A stretch of DNA of 64,000 nt. It comes from an uncultured delta proteobacterium (lineage in GTDB: Bacteria > Desulfobacterota > Syntrophobacteria > Syntrophobacterales > Syntrophobacteraceae). The notes beneath the pieces are model-generated. The model saw only the letters and a list, made by a program, of their open reading frames with translations. It was not told the DNA's origin and did no database searches. The position numbers and the translations under genes are program-made. The DNA lies in NCBI GenBank assembly GCA_963808625.1, contig CAWEHK010000018.1, positions 96,001-160,000 on the forward strand. Reading direction: 5' to 3'. This document shows positions 1 through 10,507 of the stretch, piece by piece (positions within the stretch are counted from its first letter, which is position 1; each line of letters opens with the position of its first letter).

Positions 1-11
1 AAGGAGGGAAA

Positions 12-815
12 ATGATCTCACGAAGAGCCGGCATGATGTTGCTGTTTGCGACCACAGTAATTGTGGCTGTGGTCGCTCTCTTGTTGCCACCAATTCCGCA
101 GCCGCAGTCATATCACATGTTCGCTGACCAGCGCGGTTTTCTGGGCTTTCCCAATTTTGGTGACGTGGTTTCCAATCTGGCTTTCGCAGTAATTGGATTG
201 TGGGGTCTGGTTTTCTTGCTGCGATCCAACTCCGAACAGATTCCAACACATTTTCTTGACAGGCGAGAACGCTGGCCATTCCTGTTTGTTTTTGCCGGCA
301 TGCTGCTCACGGCATTCGGTTCCTGGTACTATCATCTTCATCCAAGCAACGCATCCCTCGTCTGGGACAGATTGCCGATGACGATAGTGTTCATGTCGTT
401 AGTGGCGGCCATAATCGCAGAGCGCATCAGCCTGCGAGCCGGTCTCTGGCTGTTGCCGGTACTTCTGCTAATCGGCCTGAGCAGCGTGTTGCATTGGTAC
501 CTGAGCGAAGTGCGCGGTGCCAGCGATTTGCGCTTTTATGCCGCGGTGCAGGCGTATTCGATTCTCGTGCTCTTGATCGCACTTGTTCTTCCGCCGCGCT
601 ACACGCGAGGATCAGACCTGGCGGCGGTGGTGGGTTTCTATGCCCTCGCGAAAGTCCTGGAGATTCTTGACAAGCCGATTTTCGGGATAGGACACATCGT
701 CAGCGGCCACACCTTAAAGCATCTGGCGGCCGCAGTCGCCGGCTACTGGATTTTGCGCATGTTGCAGAAGAGACGGCCGCTCCCGAGCCTCTCTTCCGCC
801 TCTTCCGGTTCTTGA
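12..815 (+). CDS. Alkaline ceramidase-like (CREST-type) multi-pass membrane protein
   Basis: 267 aa; RBS AAGGAGG at 1-7; about 7 TM segments; motifs SNLAF, GSWYYH, WDRLPM, GHTLKH. Confidence 0.75.
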   Translation: MISRRAGMMLLFATTVIVAVVALLLPPIPQPQSYHMFADQRGFLGFPNFGDVVSNLAFAVIGLWGLVFLLRSNSEQIPTHFLDRRERWPFLFVFAGMLLTAFGSWYYHLHPSNASLVWDRLPMTIVFMSLVAAIIAERISLRAGLWLLPVLLLIGLSSVLHWYLSEVRGASDLRFYAAVQAYSILVLLIALVLPPRYTRGSDLAAVVGFYALAKVLEILDKPIFGIGHIVSGHTLKHLAAAVAGYWILRMLQKRRPLPSLSSASSGS

Positions 816-841
816 CGTCATCGGGGAACGGCACGCCTCGT

Positions 842-1465
842 TCAATGCGCCGCTGTGGAAGACGTTGCCAATTCCGGTGACAATCGCATGGTTCGGGAAA
901 GAAGCAGGAGCCCGAAGATCAAGGCGAAGATATCGCCTCCAAGGGTCAGGATCACCGACAGCAGGTTCATCATGTCCACCGCGGAGACCCAGCTGGCGAC
1001 CCCACTGGTGGTGGTCTGTACGGTCGGCAGACCCGCCTGTGGCGCCGATAAAAAATAGAAGAGCAGCGTACCGACTTCGAACAGCAATACCAGCATCGAG
1101 AAGAAGATGGCCAAGATCGTCGCGACAAGTCCAGTCCTTACGGTCCTGCGCAAGGAAGACTCGGACGGCCGCGATGCTGGGTCCTGAATGCGCCTGGCAA
1201 TGCGCGTGTACCGGTAAAACCAGAGGGCGATGAAGACCGAGAGCAGCAAGCCAACGGTCGACAAGATTTGCACGAAGGGCAGCCCGGAACGAGAGCCTCC
1301 GGATGGCCTGCCCGTAAATACAAAAGTGTAGAACATGATGATGATGGGAAGCGCGCCCATCACCACCAGTGCCCAAAAACCACACCAGCCCAATCGCGAA
1401 AAGGCTTTGTCAAGATTATCGGTTTTCAACGTCTGCCGACCTTCCGTCATGTTATCCAGCATCAC
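842..1465 (-). CDS. DUF3611-like membrane protein
   Basis: 207 aa, 4 hydrophobic segments, 'FSRLGWCGFWA' and 'WVSAVD' patterns. Confidence 0.6.
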   Translation of the reverse strand: MMLDNMTEGRQTLKTDNLDKAFSRLGWCGFWALVVMGALPIIIMFYTFVFTGRPSGGSRSGLPFVQILSTVGLLLSVFIALWFYRYTRIARRIQDPASRPSESSLRRTVRTGLVATILAIFFSMLVLLFEVGTLLFYFLSAPQAGLPTVQTTTSGVASWVSAVDMMNLLSVILTLGGDIFALIFGLLLLSRTMRLSPELATSSTAAH

Positions 1466-1539
1466 ACGGTTCCTTCTTACCCCCGTCGGGGATTGGGAGA
1501 AAAACCTTCGCCTTCAGGCGCACACCTCGGGTGCCTTGC

Positions 1540-2022
1540 TTACCCCTCGAGCACCTGCCGCAGCCGCTTCTCATCGTCGATGGTGAGGGAGGTCTTCAGG
1601 ACTTTGCCCTTGAAGCCTTGCAGGCGTTCCAGCACCTTGTCCTCCGTGGCCGTGCGAAACAGCACGAAAAGCGCCGAGGCGCCGGGCGTGAAGTCTTTGC
1701 TGAACTCTTTCATGAATTTGTCGTCGATACCGATGTCCGTGAGCTTGCCGCTGAGGGCGCCGGCGCCGGCGCCCACGGCAGCGCCCAGCAGGGGGTTGAG
1801 AAAGAGAAGGCCGATGAGCATTCCCCAGAAGCTGCCGCTCACGGCTCCCGTCATGGTCAGGTTGACGGCCTGATGCAGCTTGACTTTGCCCTTTTCATCC
1901 TTGGTGACCACCACCACGTCTTTCATGTCGATCAGATACTCTTTCTGCATCTTGGCCAATTCCGCCCGCACGGCAAAAGCGGTGTGCTCGTCATGAAATT
2001 CGATTGCGACCAGTTGGGACAT
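1540..2022 (-). CDS. DUF1269 family membrane protein
   Basis: 160 aa; glycine-zipper 'GAVSGSFWGMLIGLLFLNPLLGAAVGAGAGALSGKLTDIGIDDKF'; RBS AGGAGG. Confidence 0.85.
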   Translation of the reverse strand: MSQLVAIEFHDEHTAFAVRAELAKMQKEYLIDMKDVVVVTKDEKGKVKLHQAVNLTMTGAVSGSFWGMLIGLLFLNPLLGAAVGAGAGALSGKLTDIGIDDKFMKEFSKDFTPGASALFVLFRTATEDKVLERLQGFKGKVLKTSLTIDDEKRLRQVLEG

Positions 2023-2401
2023 GGAGACCTCCTTTGGTTGAATGGAGTTGCAAAAAAGATTGCGTCATTCACGGTGGACAACCACGGCTGACAATGCGCC
2101 GGGTTTCCCGCAATCGGGTAAAGCCGAACACTCGAAAACCCCAAAAAAATAAGATCAAATCCGACAATAAGCAAGGCTTATGTTTCTTTATTGCATGAGT
2201 GGGATTACCCCGATGCCCTGCTCTCCGGGTGTTGACCATCCCGTGCTGTCGTTTCCACAATCATTGGCGCTATCCATCCACGCCGGCACCCGTGCCTGAA
2301 CTTAGCGCCCTTCGGGTGAATTTTCTTTGACAGGATTTATTTAGAAAAATGGAAATTCCTATACGGTGAACCTCTTGGGCGAACTTTAATCAAACAACTC
2401 A

Positions 2402-2474
2402 CCACGAAGAGCACGAAGGAATGCTTTCACAATAATCTCTGTGCTCTTCTTCGTGATCTTCGTGTCCTTCGTGG
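2402..2474. repeat. Intergenic inverted repeat built from 9-bp-period units
   Basis: CCACGAAGAGCACGAAG (2402-2418) pairs with CTTCGTG x3 (to 2474). Confidence 0.7.
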
Positions 2475-2546
2475 CAAAAAAAAAATTCAAATTACTATAC
2501 GGTCAAGGTACGCGCAAGACGGGTTGTACCGCTGTCCCCCCACCGG

Positions 2547-3742
2547 TCAGCGGCCTCGCGTCAGGATCCAGTAAACCGAGCCGTTGGGTGCTTCGACCGC
2601 ATAGATCAGTCGGCTCCGGGGGGTCTCGGTGTTGGTAAGCCGCAGGAATAAATCGTCGAAAAACTCCGGCGTTTCCAGGCTGAAATTGTGGAAATTGCGC
2701 GTGCGGTTAACCGGTGTCACATCCACCACGGTCACGTCCTCGCTGTCCGGATCGATCGAGTCCGTCACGCGCACGGCCTCTTCCAACTGGCGCGGGCTGA
2801 GGGTGCTTTCGCCGCGCCGTCGTCCCCAGTTGAGGAGGCGGCTTGCCAGCAAGGCCCTGTCGTTGGAGGAAACGTAGATCGTGGTCTTGCGGGCCAGGGC
2901 CTTGAGCGCATGCTTGAACTGGTCGTTGAACTCATTGTAATCGACGTCCGGGGCGGTCAGCACGACGTCTTCGATCTCGGTCTTGGCGTCGGCCAGGTCC
3001 GTCTGCTCGTAGAGCAGGCGGAAGGCATCGACGGCGACCTGGGCCCCCATGCTGTTGGCTATCAGCCACAGCCGCTCGGGCCGGATGTCCCGAATGGTCA
3101 GCTCCAGGGTGCGGGCCAGGTCCGCCCCGGACGCTTCGGCGACCCGGCGCGCCGCTGGTAGCCGCCCGGCGAACTGCCCTGGTTGCCGGGCCAGTCGAAG
3201 AGGAGAACCGGCGAGTTGATGTCCAGCACGTGGCCGAGGAAAGCGGTCTTGCGCAGGCCGGAGGGGAAAGCCTCCCTGAAGCCGTGCACGACGACCAGCA
3301 ACGACCGGAGCGGAGATTCTTTGACGCGCTCTTGCACCTGCGCGACAAAGCTTGCGGGATCCAACTCCTGCACCGCCGTGAGCTTGATTTCCTCATTCTG
3401 GAACCACTCGGTCGGGTTGATGAGCATGCCCAGGCCCAGAGAGGGTTCAATCTTGACATCAAAGTATCCGAACGTGAGGGTTTCCTGTCGTTCTATCCCG
3501 AAACGCTCCTCGATCGGCCCGGCGTTGCTTTCCGGGCGGCGGTTCGTGACGAAGAAAAACCGATACTCCCCCTGCCGGCTCAGTTGGGCGACCTGCATGC
3601 GCCGGAACAAAAAGGCCTCGGCGCGCTGCAACGCGTAGCTCGTCGAAGCAAAATAGACCTTGTAGAACCAGACCCCCAGCCCCACCAAAACCACCAGCGT
3701 CAACCCCATGCCGATCAGCACGCGTCGTTTCAAGCGGGTCAT
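2547..3742 (-). CDS. DUF900-like alpha/beta hydrolase with N-terminal TM anchor (one frameshift near 3153)
   Basis: ORFs 3098-3808 (VVVHGF, FDWP) and 2547-3050 join. One added G restores GYQRARRVAEASGADLARTLEL...LIANSMG (nucleophile elbow), then LTAPDVD and SSNDRAL. Confidence 0.75.
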
Positions 3743-4143
3743 GGCATCTCCTCCTGCACCCGATCGGTGCCGTTTCAAACTTGGCGCCCGGGCGGTATTC
3801 GTCTTCACGACGGATCAAGCACAATGTTGACAAAAATGGCAGCAAACTTGCAGCGGCAGGTCCGGGGTCGACAACAGGTGATATGGAATCGTTTATTGCA
3901 CGCCGAACCATGTCATCGAGCGAGTTTATATCCGCACCGTTCTTATACCGCTGCTATTCTATGCCTGTCAACTGCTCGACATTGATCAGCAACGCCGGAC
4001 CTTTGTTTTTCTTCACCCCTTTTTCGTCTTTCAGAGGGGTTGCCCGGAAGCATCAAAGCCGGACCTTCCAGCCCGAGTCTGCGTCCATTGCCGGTTCGAA
4101 GAGGGTTGCATTCATGATTGGCTCTCCTTGTGCGGCAGGCCTT

Positions 4144-5103
4144 TCAGGACAAGGCCTGCTTGGCGGCGAGGCGGCGGCTGCCATAAATGTTGGCATACGC
4201 ATACGAGAACTCGCATCCCAGGAAGAAAATCTGACAGGCCAGAAAAATCCACAGCATCAGAATCATCACACTGCCGATCACCCCGTAGGACAGGAACCGG
4301 CTGAAAACGGAAACAACGCTGCCGGTGGCGAGTTGCTGCAGCCCGGCCAGCAAGACCGCCGTCATCAGCGCCCCCATCCAGACATCCCGCCACTGCGGGC
4401 GGACGGAGGGCAGCACTTTGAACAGCACGCACAGGGTGAGGCTCAGAATAAAAATGGTCGAGCCGATCTGCAAACCTCGCGTCAATTGCAGCTCGTCCAC
4501 CCTTTGAATCCAGGCGAAGGTTTCCTGAAAGCGGGATAGCAGATCGAGGACGGTCCTGATAAAAATGTTCGCTACCAGTGACGTCAGCAGCAGCAAGGCC
4601 GTCCCCACCACGAGCAAATACGCCACCAGCTTGTTGACGATGAGGAATAAAACCATTTTGGGGACCGAGCCCGCATCGGAGACACGGTTGGGGGACTCCC
4701 AGATTTTGTTGACCGACTGCCGGAGGATCGCAAACAAGGTGCTGGCCGCAAAAAAGAGCAGCATGAAGCCCACGATCCCGGCGCCGACACTGGTTTCGTT
4801 GAGGGCAATGATCGTGCCGACAACCATGCTTTGCACGTCCGGCGGCAAGTCCCGCACAATCATAGACTGGATGTATCGGAACGCCTCCGTGTCCGGTCCG
4901 ATCAGGGCGCCCACAATACTCAGGATCACCAGCAGCAAGGGGAAAAGGGAGAACAGCGCGTAGTACGAGAGGGCGGCGGCCATGCCGGGGCAGTTATCGC
5001 GGTCCCACTTCAGCCCGGTTTGAATCAGCAGCTGCGCCGGTCTCGATGGCAGAACGACTGAACGCAGGTACGGCCAAACGATGGTTTGAAGGCGTCGCAT
5101 CAT
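4144..5103 (-). CDS. YihY/virulence factor BrkB family membrane protein
   Basis: 'AAALSYYALFSLFPLL' and 'YGVIGSVMILMLWIF' motifs; start placed at MMRRLQ because the ORF extension overlaps the next gene. Confidence 0.85.
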   Translation of the reverse strand: MMRRLQTIVWPYLRSVVLPSRPAQLLIQTGLKWDRDNCPGMAAALSYYALFSLFPLLLVILSIVGALIGPDTEAFRYIQSMIVRDLPPDVQSMVVGTIIALNETSVGAGIVGFMLLFFAASTLFAILRQSVNKIWESPNRVSDAGSVPKMVLFLIVNKLVAYLLVVGTALLLLTSLVANIFIRTVLDLLSRFQETFAWIQRVDELQLTRGLQIGSTIFILSLTLCVLFKVLPSVRPQWRDVWMGALMTAVLLAGLQQLATGSVVSVFSRFLSYGVIGSVMILMLWIFLACQIFFLGCEFSYAYANIYGSRRLAAKQALS

Positions 5104-5192
5104 AAGGTTTCTTTGGGGGCCATCCGGCACCCGAATTTGTCGATCACAGGTGAAAAGGACTTTTGCAAGAGGCTCTCTTGGCAACAACACTA

Positions 5193-6542
5193 TTAGCGGC
5201 CGGTAAAGTAGAAGAGACCCAAAACATACAGAGCCGAGACAACCAGCTGGCAGATAGTCAGGGGCACGCCGTACCGCATAAAGGTTACAAATGATATCGG
5301 CTTGCCCTGCGAGGCGCAGATCCCGCTGGCCACCACATTGGCCGAGGCGCCGATGAGGGTGGCGTTCCCTCCCAGGGTACCGGCGAACATCATGGCCACA
5401 AAGACGGGTAGAACATGCGTCGGCCACTCTGCAAAGGACCCAGACAGCGCCGTCTCAGGAACAAATTGGGCAGTCACCAGATACCCCTTGACCATGAGCA
5501 GCATAATGGCGACCACGGGAATATTGGCCAGCAGGCTGGAGGAGAGACCAACAAAGGCCAGGACGAACAGGCTGATGAGGACGAGTTCGGTGCCGAACCA
5601 GGTGTAGAGGTACTGTGACATTCCCTGGAGAATCCCGGTCTTGGAAAATGCCTCCACCAGGCAGAAGAGGGCAAGGAGAAACAGAATGGTCCGCCAATCC
5701 ACGTCCTGGAGCACCTTGGTGACCGGTTCGACGTCGGCTTTATAGACTAACAGCAAAGCCAGGGCCGCGGCAATAATGGCGACGGCCGGGGGCACGATCC
5801 TGGAGGGCAAGAAATCGCCAGCCACAAATAATACCACCATGAAGGCCAGGATCAGGAGAGCAAAGAGGCACAGGTAAGGACGCTGCAAGGGTTCGGGTTT
5901 GAGGTCGGTTGGCAGGGTGCGTTTCGCCTGCCACAGGTCTTTCATCAGCCAGGGCAGGAGGGGCACCAGGACCAAGACCGAGAAGAGACCGCCAAGACTC
6001 ACTCTCTGGAGATACTGAATAAAGGTCATACCGATACTGCTGCCCACCAGAAAGGTCGCCGGATCGCCCACGAGGGTGAGCAGGCCGGCCGAATTGCTGA
6101 TAATGGCAGTGACAATCATGGGTCCCACAAAGTCTACCTCCAGGGCCCGGGTCACCCGGATGATGATGGGCGCCAGGAGGATCACCGTGGTGGCATTGGG
6201 CAGCATGGTGCACAGTGGCCCCACCAGCAGGAACAGACTCAGGAGAAACCGTTTGCCGCTGCCTTTGGTGGCTAACAGATACCGCGAGCCGATATACTCG
6301 AAGATACCGGTGGGCACCAGGACCCGGGCCACCACCATGCCGCCGAACAGCAGCGCCAGCGGACCGCCGGCGGTGCGGGTGACGTTCAGAATGTCCTGCT
6401 GGTTAAAAACGCCGAAGACAATCAGCACGCACACCCCCAGGAGCGCGGCGAGAAGCATGTCGACAACATCAAAAGCAATGGCGGCAATAACGCCGAGGAA
6501 GACCACAATGATGACAATATTCTGGACAGATTCAGTCAGCAT
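5193..6542 (-). CDS. ArsB/NhaD/SLC13-type ion transporter (IT superfamily) permease
   Basis: 449 aa, about 12 TM; 'NATTVILLAP', 'SNSAGLLTLVGDP', 'GTLGGNATLIGASAN' motifs. Confidence 0.85.
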   Translation of the reverse strand: MLTESVQNIVIIVVFLGVIAAIAFDVVDMLLAALLGVCVLIVFGVFNQQDILNVTRTAGGPLALLFGGMVVARVLVPTGIFEYIGSRYLLATKGSGKRFLLSLFLLVGPLCTMLPNATTVILLAPIIIRVTRALEVDFVGPMIVTAIISNSAGLLTLVGDPATFLVGSSIGMTFIQYLQRVSLGGLFSVLVLVPLLPWLMKDLWQAKRTLPTDLKPEPLQRPYLCLFALLILAFMVVLFVAGDFLPSRIVPPAVAIIAAALALLLVYKADVEPVTKVLQDVDWRTILFLLALFCLVEAFSKTGILQGMSQYLYTWFGTELVLISLFVLAFVGLSSSLLANIPVVAIMLLMVKGYLVTAQFVPETALSGSFAEWPTHVLPVFVAMMFAGTLGGNATLIGASANVVASGICASQGKPISFVTFMRYGVPLTICQLVVSALYVLGLFYFTGR

Positions 6543-6613
6543 GGCAACCGCCTGCTAAGGAATAGCACCGTGAGATTCCTTCGTGGGATGGCAGAACTGA
6601 TGGCAATGGCGGT

Positions 6614-7639
6614 TTAGCGGAAAGGCGGGGCATACAACAAGCCTCCTTGGGTCCAGAGACGGTTGAGTCCCCGGTCGAGTTTAATCTCGCTTTTAGTTCC
6701 CAGGTGACGCTCGTAGACCTCGCTGTAGTTGCCCACCGCCTCGATGACCCGGACAACCCAGCCGGGTTTGAGCCCTAAAGCCTTTTCCGGTAAGCCGTCG
6801 GAGGCGAGAAAACGACGTAGCCCGGGGTCGGGGGAGGTTTCTACCAGGGTGCGCACATTGGCCTGGGTGATACCACGCTCTTCCGCTTCGATGAGGGCAT
6901 AAAGCACCCATTTTGTGAGCGTCAGCCAGGCCTCGTCATCCTTGCGGACAACCGGCCCCAAGGGTTCCTTGGAGATGGTTTCAGGGAGGATGACATATTC
7001 TTCGGGGCCGCCAGGGGCCAACGTGCGGATGCCGATTAACTCCGCCCGATCTGCGGTTAGAGCCTGGCAGCGGCCCTGAAAAAAATTATCTCGCAACTCC
7101 TGGAGGGTATCCACGGGCATGGGGGTAAAAGACCATCCCTGCTGATGAAAGTAGTCCCCCAGATTGATCTCATGGGTGGTCCTTCTGGCCAGGCAGATGG
7201 TGGCGCCACTTAAATCCGCGAGTCGGTGTATACCGCTGGTTCGGGGGACCATGAAGGCTTGGCCGTCGTAGTAGTAGATACCGGCGAAGCGGACCCCGAT
7301 GGCAGCTTCACGCTCGAAAGTATAGGTCGTGTTGCGCAGGAGCAGGTCAATCTTGCCGGCGAGCAGCACCGGGAACCGGCTGGCTGAGGTCACCGGCACA
7401 AAGGCCACCTTATCAGCCTGACCCAGGGCCGCGGCAGCCACGGCGCGGCAGAAATCGATTTCAAAACCCTGCCAAAGGCCGGCCTCGTCTTGCCTGGAAA
7501 ACCCGGGCATGTCACCACTGACACCGCACCGGACCACACCGTTGGCCCGTACCAGGTCCAGGGTTGGGCCTGCCAGGGCCGCGGCGGGATGCAGCACCTG
7601 CAGCCACAAAAAGCACGCTATGAGAATCAGTCGCATCAT
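6614..7639 (-). CDS. General L-amino acid ABC substrate-binding protein (AapJ/BztA-like)
   Basis: Signal peptide; 'GFEIDFCRAVAAA', 'YYDGQAF', 'ISKEPLGP', 'GLNRLWTQGGLLYAPPFR'. Confidence 0.85.
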   Translation of the reverse strand: MMRLILIACFLWLQVLHPAAALAGPTLDLVRANGVVRCGVSGDMPGFSRQDEAGLWQGFEIDFCRAVAAAALGQADKVAFVPVTSASRFPVLLAGKIDLLLRNTTYTFEREAAIGVRFAGIYYYDGQAFMVPRTSGIHRLADLSGATICLARRTTHEINLGDYFHQQGWSFTPMPVDTLQELRDNFFQGRCQALTADRAELIGIRTLAPGGPEEYVILPETISKEPLGPVVRKDDEAWLTLTKWVLYALIEAEERGITQANVRTLVETSPDPGLRRFLASDGLPEKALGLKPGWVVRVIEAVGNYSEVYERHLGTKSEIKLDRGLNRLWTQGGLLYAPPFR

Positions 7640-7786
7640 ACGTCCCCTGCTTCGGCTTGCCGGAAGGCCTGGTCAATAAACTTGGCCAAGATGGCCTCAG
7701 ATGTATTTATAATACTTCGCCGGCAAACAACAAGCGTTTTCATCCACGGTGAACCGGTTCAGCGTGAGTCGGCACCTGAAACCCCC

Positions 7787-7816
7787 TTGACAGCATCCAC
7801 GGCAGGTGCTATCCAA
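7787..7816 (+). promoter_or_regulatory. Putative sigma70 promoter with dyad in the spacer, upstream of the UPF0182 operon
   Basis: TTGACA (7787-7792), 17 nt, then TATCCA preceded by TGC; spacer contains AGCATC-N7-GGTGCT. Confidence 0.45.
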
Positions 7817-7864
7817 ATAAATCTTAAAAAGTGATTTTTTACCCCCTCATCAGGAGACCCTGAT

Positions 7865-10459
7865 ATGCATCGCTTAAAACGCTTGATCATTATCCTCGCA
7901 GCCACGTTCCTGTCTTTAGGCGCTCTCTATGGGTTGTTCGGATTGGTCTTCACCGACTTTCTGGTTAATGAATGGTGGTTCCGATCCTTGGGGTTCGGCT
8001 TCTATTTCTGGCAGAGACTGCTGTACCGTTACCTGGTGTTTGCGGGGTTTACCCTCCTGTTCTTTCTGGTCATTTTTATCAATTTCTGGGTGGCCACGCG
8101 GTTTCTGGGCGAGGCGCCCACGGGTGAAACCAAGCCGGAATCGAGGGTCCGCCTCGGGTACCGGCAGCTGTTGGAGAACTTTCGCCGGCGGTCGCTAAAA
8201 TTTTACTTCCTCTTCTCTCTTGTTGTTGCGGTCTTCATCGCCTTTCCCCTCTACGGCCATTGGGAAGATGCCCTGCTCTTCCTGTTCGCTCCCCCAGCCG
8301 GCCTCCAGGACCCGGCTTACGGCAAGGACGTGAGCTACTTCCTCTTTTCCCTGCCCATCTACCAGCTTCTCCTGCAGGAACTGTTGTTTGCTGTGGTGTT
8401 CATGTTCCTGGGGTCAGCCCTGCTTTACTGGCGGGAGAACCACCTGCTTGGCGGTCAGGGGCTGCACCTGCCGTGGGGGGCCAAGGTTCACCTCAGCGGG
8501 TTGGCCTGCCTGGCCTTTCTCATAGGCGCCTGGTTTTTCATGCTCCAACGGCACAACCTGCTTTACGACCAGACCCATACCCCCCTGTTTTTCGGCCCCG
8601 GCTACGCCCAGATGCGCGTGGTCCTGCCCCTCATCTGGCTGTCCATCGTTTTCCTTCTGGGAGTCGCAATCTCCCTCATTTTCTTCATTCATACGCGCAA
8701 GGGACTAAGAGTATTTATTGCTTCCACCGCATTGTTTTTTCTGGCCCTGGGGGCGTTATACTCTCCGTTTTTACCCAATCTGGTTCACGAATACATCGTG
8801 GCTCCCAACCAAATCGTCCGGGAAAGACCCTTCATCAATCACAACATCCAGGCAACTCTGGCCGCCTACGATCTGACCGGGGTGGAAACCCGAAATTACC
8901 CCATCAGCGACCTTCCCTTGGACATCCGGTCACCCAAGCTCCAGATGTCCCTGCGCAACATTCCGGTATGGGACGCGGAGATGCTCAAGGATGTTTTTCA
9001 GCCACTCCAGGCGCTGCGCACGTATTACGCTTTCGAGTCCGTGGACGTGGACCGCTACACCGTTGGCGGTGTCTATCAGCAAGTGTTTCTCTCGGCCCGC
9101 GAATTGGATCACCAAAAGCTGCCTCCCGCGGCCCAAAACTGGGTGAACGAGCGCCTCAAGTACACACACGGCAACGGGGTGGTGATGATCCCGGCGGCCC
9201 AGCGGGGCGAGGCCCCCATGACCTGGTTTCTTCAGGACATCCCACCATGGTCCGGCTATGGCTTGCAGATCGAGCAGTCTGCCATCTATTACGGCCTGGG
9301 GGCGTATCCTCCGGTCATCGCCCCGAATGATAGCGGAGAGATCGGCTCTCCCCTCAATGGCACCAACGCCATCGTAAATTATAGCGGCACGGGCGGGGTG
9401 CCGGTCTCCTCCTTTTTCCGGAAGCTCATCTTTGCCCTGTATTTCAAAGAAAAGGACATCCTTTTCACCACTCAGACCAACGCCAAGAGCCGCATGCAGT
9501 TCCATCGCAACATCGTGGAGCGGATCAAGATCCTGACCCCCTTTTTCCTGCTGGATAAAGACCCCTATATCGTGGCCACTTCCCAGCGGCTCTACTGGAT
9601 ACAGGACGCCTACACCGTGTCCAACCGCTATCCCTACTCCCAGCCCTACAACGACGAGATCAACTATATCCGCAACTCCGTCAAAATCGTGGTGGACGCC
9701 TATGACGGTACCGTGGACTTTTACCTGGCGGATCCCCGGGACCCCATCATCCAGGCTTACAGCCGCATCTACCCGGGGCTCTTCAAAGGACTGGATCGCA
9801 TGCCGGCTGAACTGCAGGCGCACATCCGGTATCCCAAGGATATTTTCGATATTCAGATGAGTATTTTCACCAAGTATCACCAAACCGACCCGGAGGTCTT
9901 TTTCAAACAGGAAGACATCTGGGAGTTTCCCACGATTTCCTCTCATGGCAAGTCGACCAGAATAGAGCCAAACTACCTGACCCTCAGCATCCTGGAAAAA
10001 GAGAAGGACGAATTCATCCTGCTCACCTCCATGATTCCCAAGGCTCGCACCAACCTCCGGTCATTGGTCGTGGCGGGATGCGATGGCCCCAACTATGGGA
10101 AAATCGTGGTTTTTAGTTTTCCCAGAGGCACCCTGGTCTTCGGTCCCCAGCAGGTGGATGCCTTTATCAATCAGGATACCGCCATGTCCCAATCTTTCAC
10201 CCTGTGGAACCAGATGGGCTCCCGGGTGAACCGGGGCAAGATGATCATTCAGCCTATTGGAGAGGCTATCGTCTATGTACAGCCCGTGTATCTGGAAGCC
10301 ACGCAGGGCACCGGGATTCCCCAGCTCAAACGCCTGATTCTGTCCAAGGGGGAAACCGTCGTCATGGAACCCTCGCTGGAACAAGGGCTGGAGGCTCTGA
10401 ATGAGCGTATGCGGGTATCAACGGAGCCGGAGAAAAGACTCGCGCCTCAATCGCCCTGA
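7865..10459 (+). CDS. UPF0182 family membrane protein
   Basis: 864 aa; N-terminal TM block; 'DVDRY', 'YTHGNG', 'NYIRNSVKIVVDAYDG', 'YVQPVYL'. Confidence 0.9.
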   Translation: MHRLKRLIIILAATFLSLGALYGLFGLVFTDFLVNEWWFRSLGFGFYFWQRLLYRYLVFAGFTLLFFLVIFINFWVATRFLGEAPTGETKPESRVRLGYRQLLENFRRRSLKFYFLFSLVVAVFIAFPLYGHWEDALLFLFAPPAGLQDPAYGKDVSYFLFSLPIYQLLLQELLFAVVFMFLGSALLYWRENHLLGGQGLHLPWGAKVHLSGLACLAFLIGAWFFMLQRHNLLYDQTHTPLFFGPGYAQMRVVLPLIWLSIVFLLGVAISLIFFIHTRKGLRVFIASTALFFLALGALYSPFLPNLVHEYIVAPNQIVRERPFINHNIQATLAAYDLTGVETRNYPISDLPLDIRSPKLQMSLRNIPVWDAEMLKDVFQPLQALRTYYAFESVDVDRYTVGGVYQQVFLSARELDHQKLPPAAQNWVNERLKYTHGNGVVMIPAAQRGEAPMTWFLQDIPPWSGYGLQIEQSAIYYGLGAYPPVIAPNDSGEIGSPLNGTNAIVNYSGTGGVPVSSFFRKLIFALYFKEKDILFTTQTNAKSRMQFHRNIVERIKILTPFFLLDKDPYIVATSQRLYWIQDAYTVSNRYPYSQPYNDEINYIRNSVKIVVDAYDGTVDFYLADPRDPIIQAYSRIYPGLFKGLDRMPAELQAHIRYPKDIFDIQMSIFTKYHQTDPEVFFKQEDIWEFPTISSHGKSTRIEPNYLTLSILEKEKDEFILLTSMIPKARTNLRSLVVAGCDGPNYGKIVVFSFPRGTLVFGPQQVDAFINQDTAMSQSFTLWNQMGSRVNRGKMIIQPIGEAIVYVQPVYLEATQGTGIPQLKRLILSKGETVVMEPSLEQGLEALNERMRVSTEPEKRLAPQSP

Positions 10460-10507
10460 ACCTGATCAGAAAAGCCGGAAGAATTTCTTAGGGTAGGCCC
10501 CAAAATA

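Noticed and set aside
2402..2474. Short periodic repeats as a CRISPR array
   Set aside because: Units are 7-9 bp and inverted, with no unique spacers and no cas genes.
7792..7810. AGCATC...GGTGCT dyad as a CIRCE element
   Set aside because: Arms and spacing do not match TTAGCACTC-N9-GAGTGCTAA, and no chaperone genes follow.
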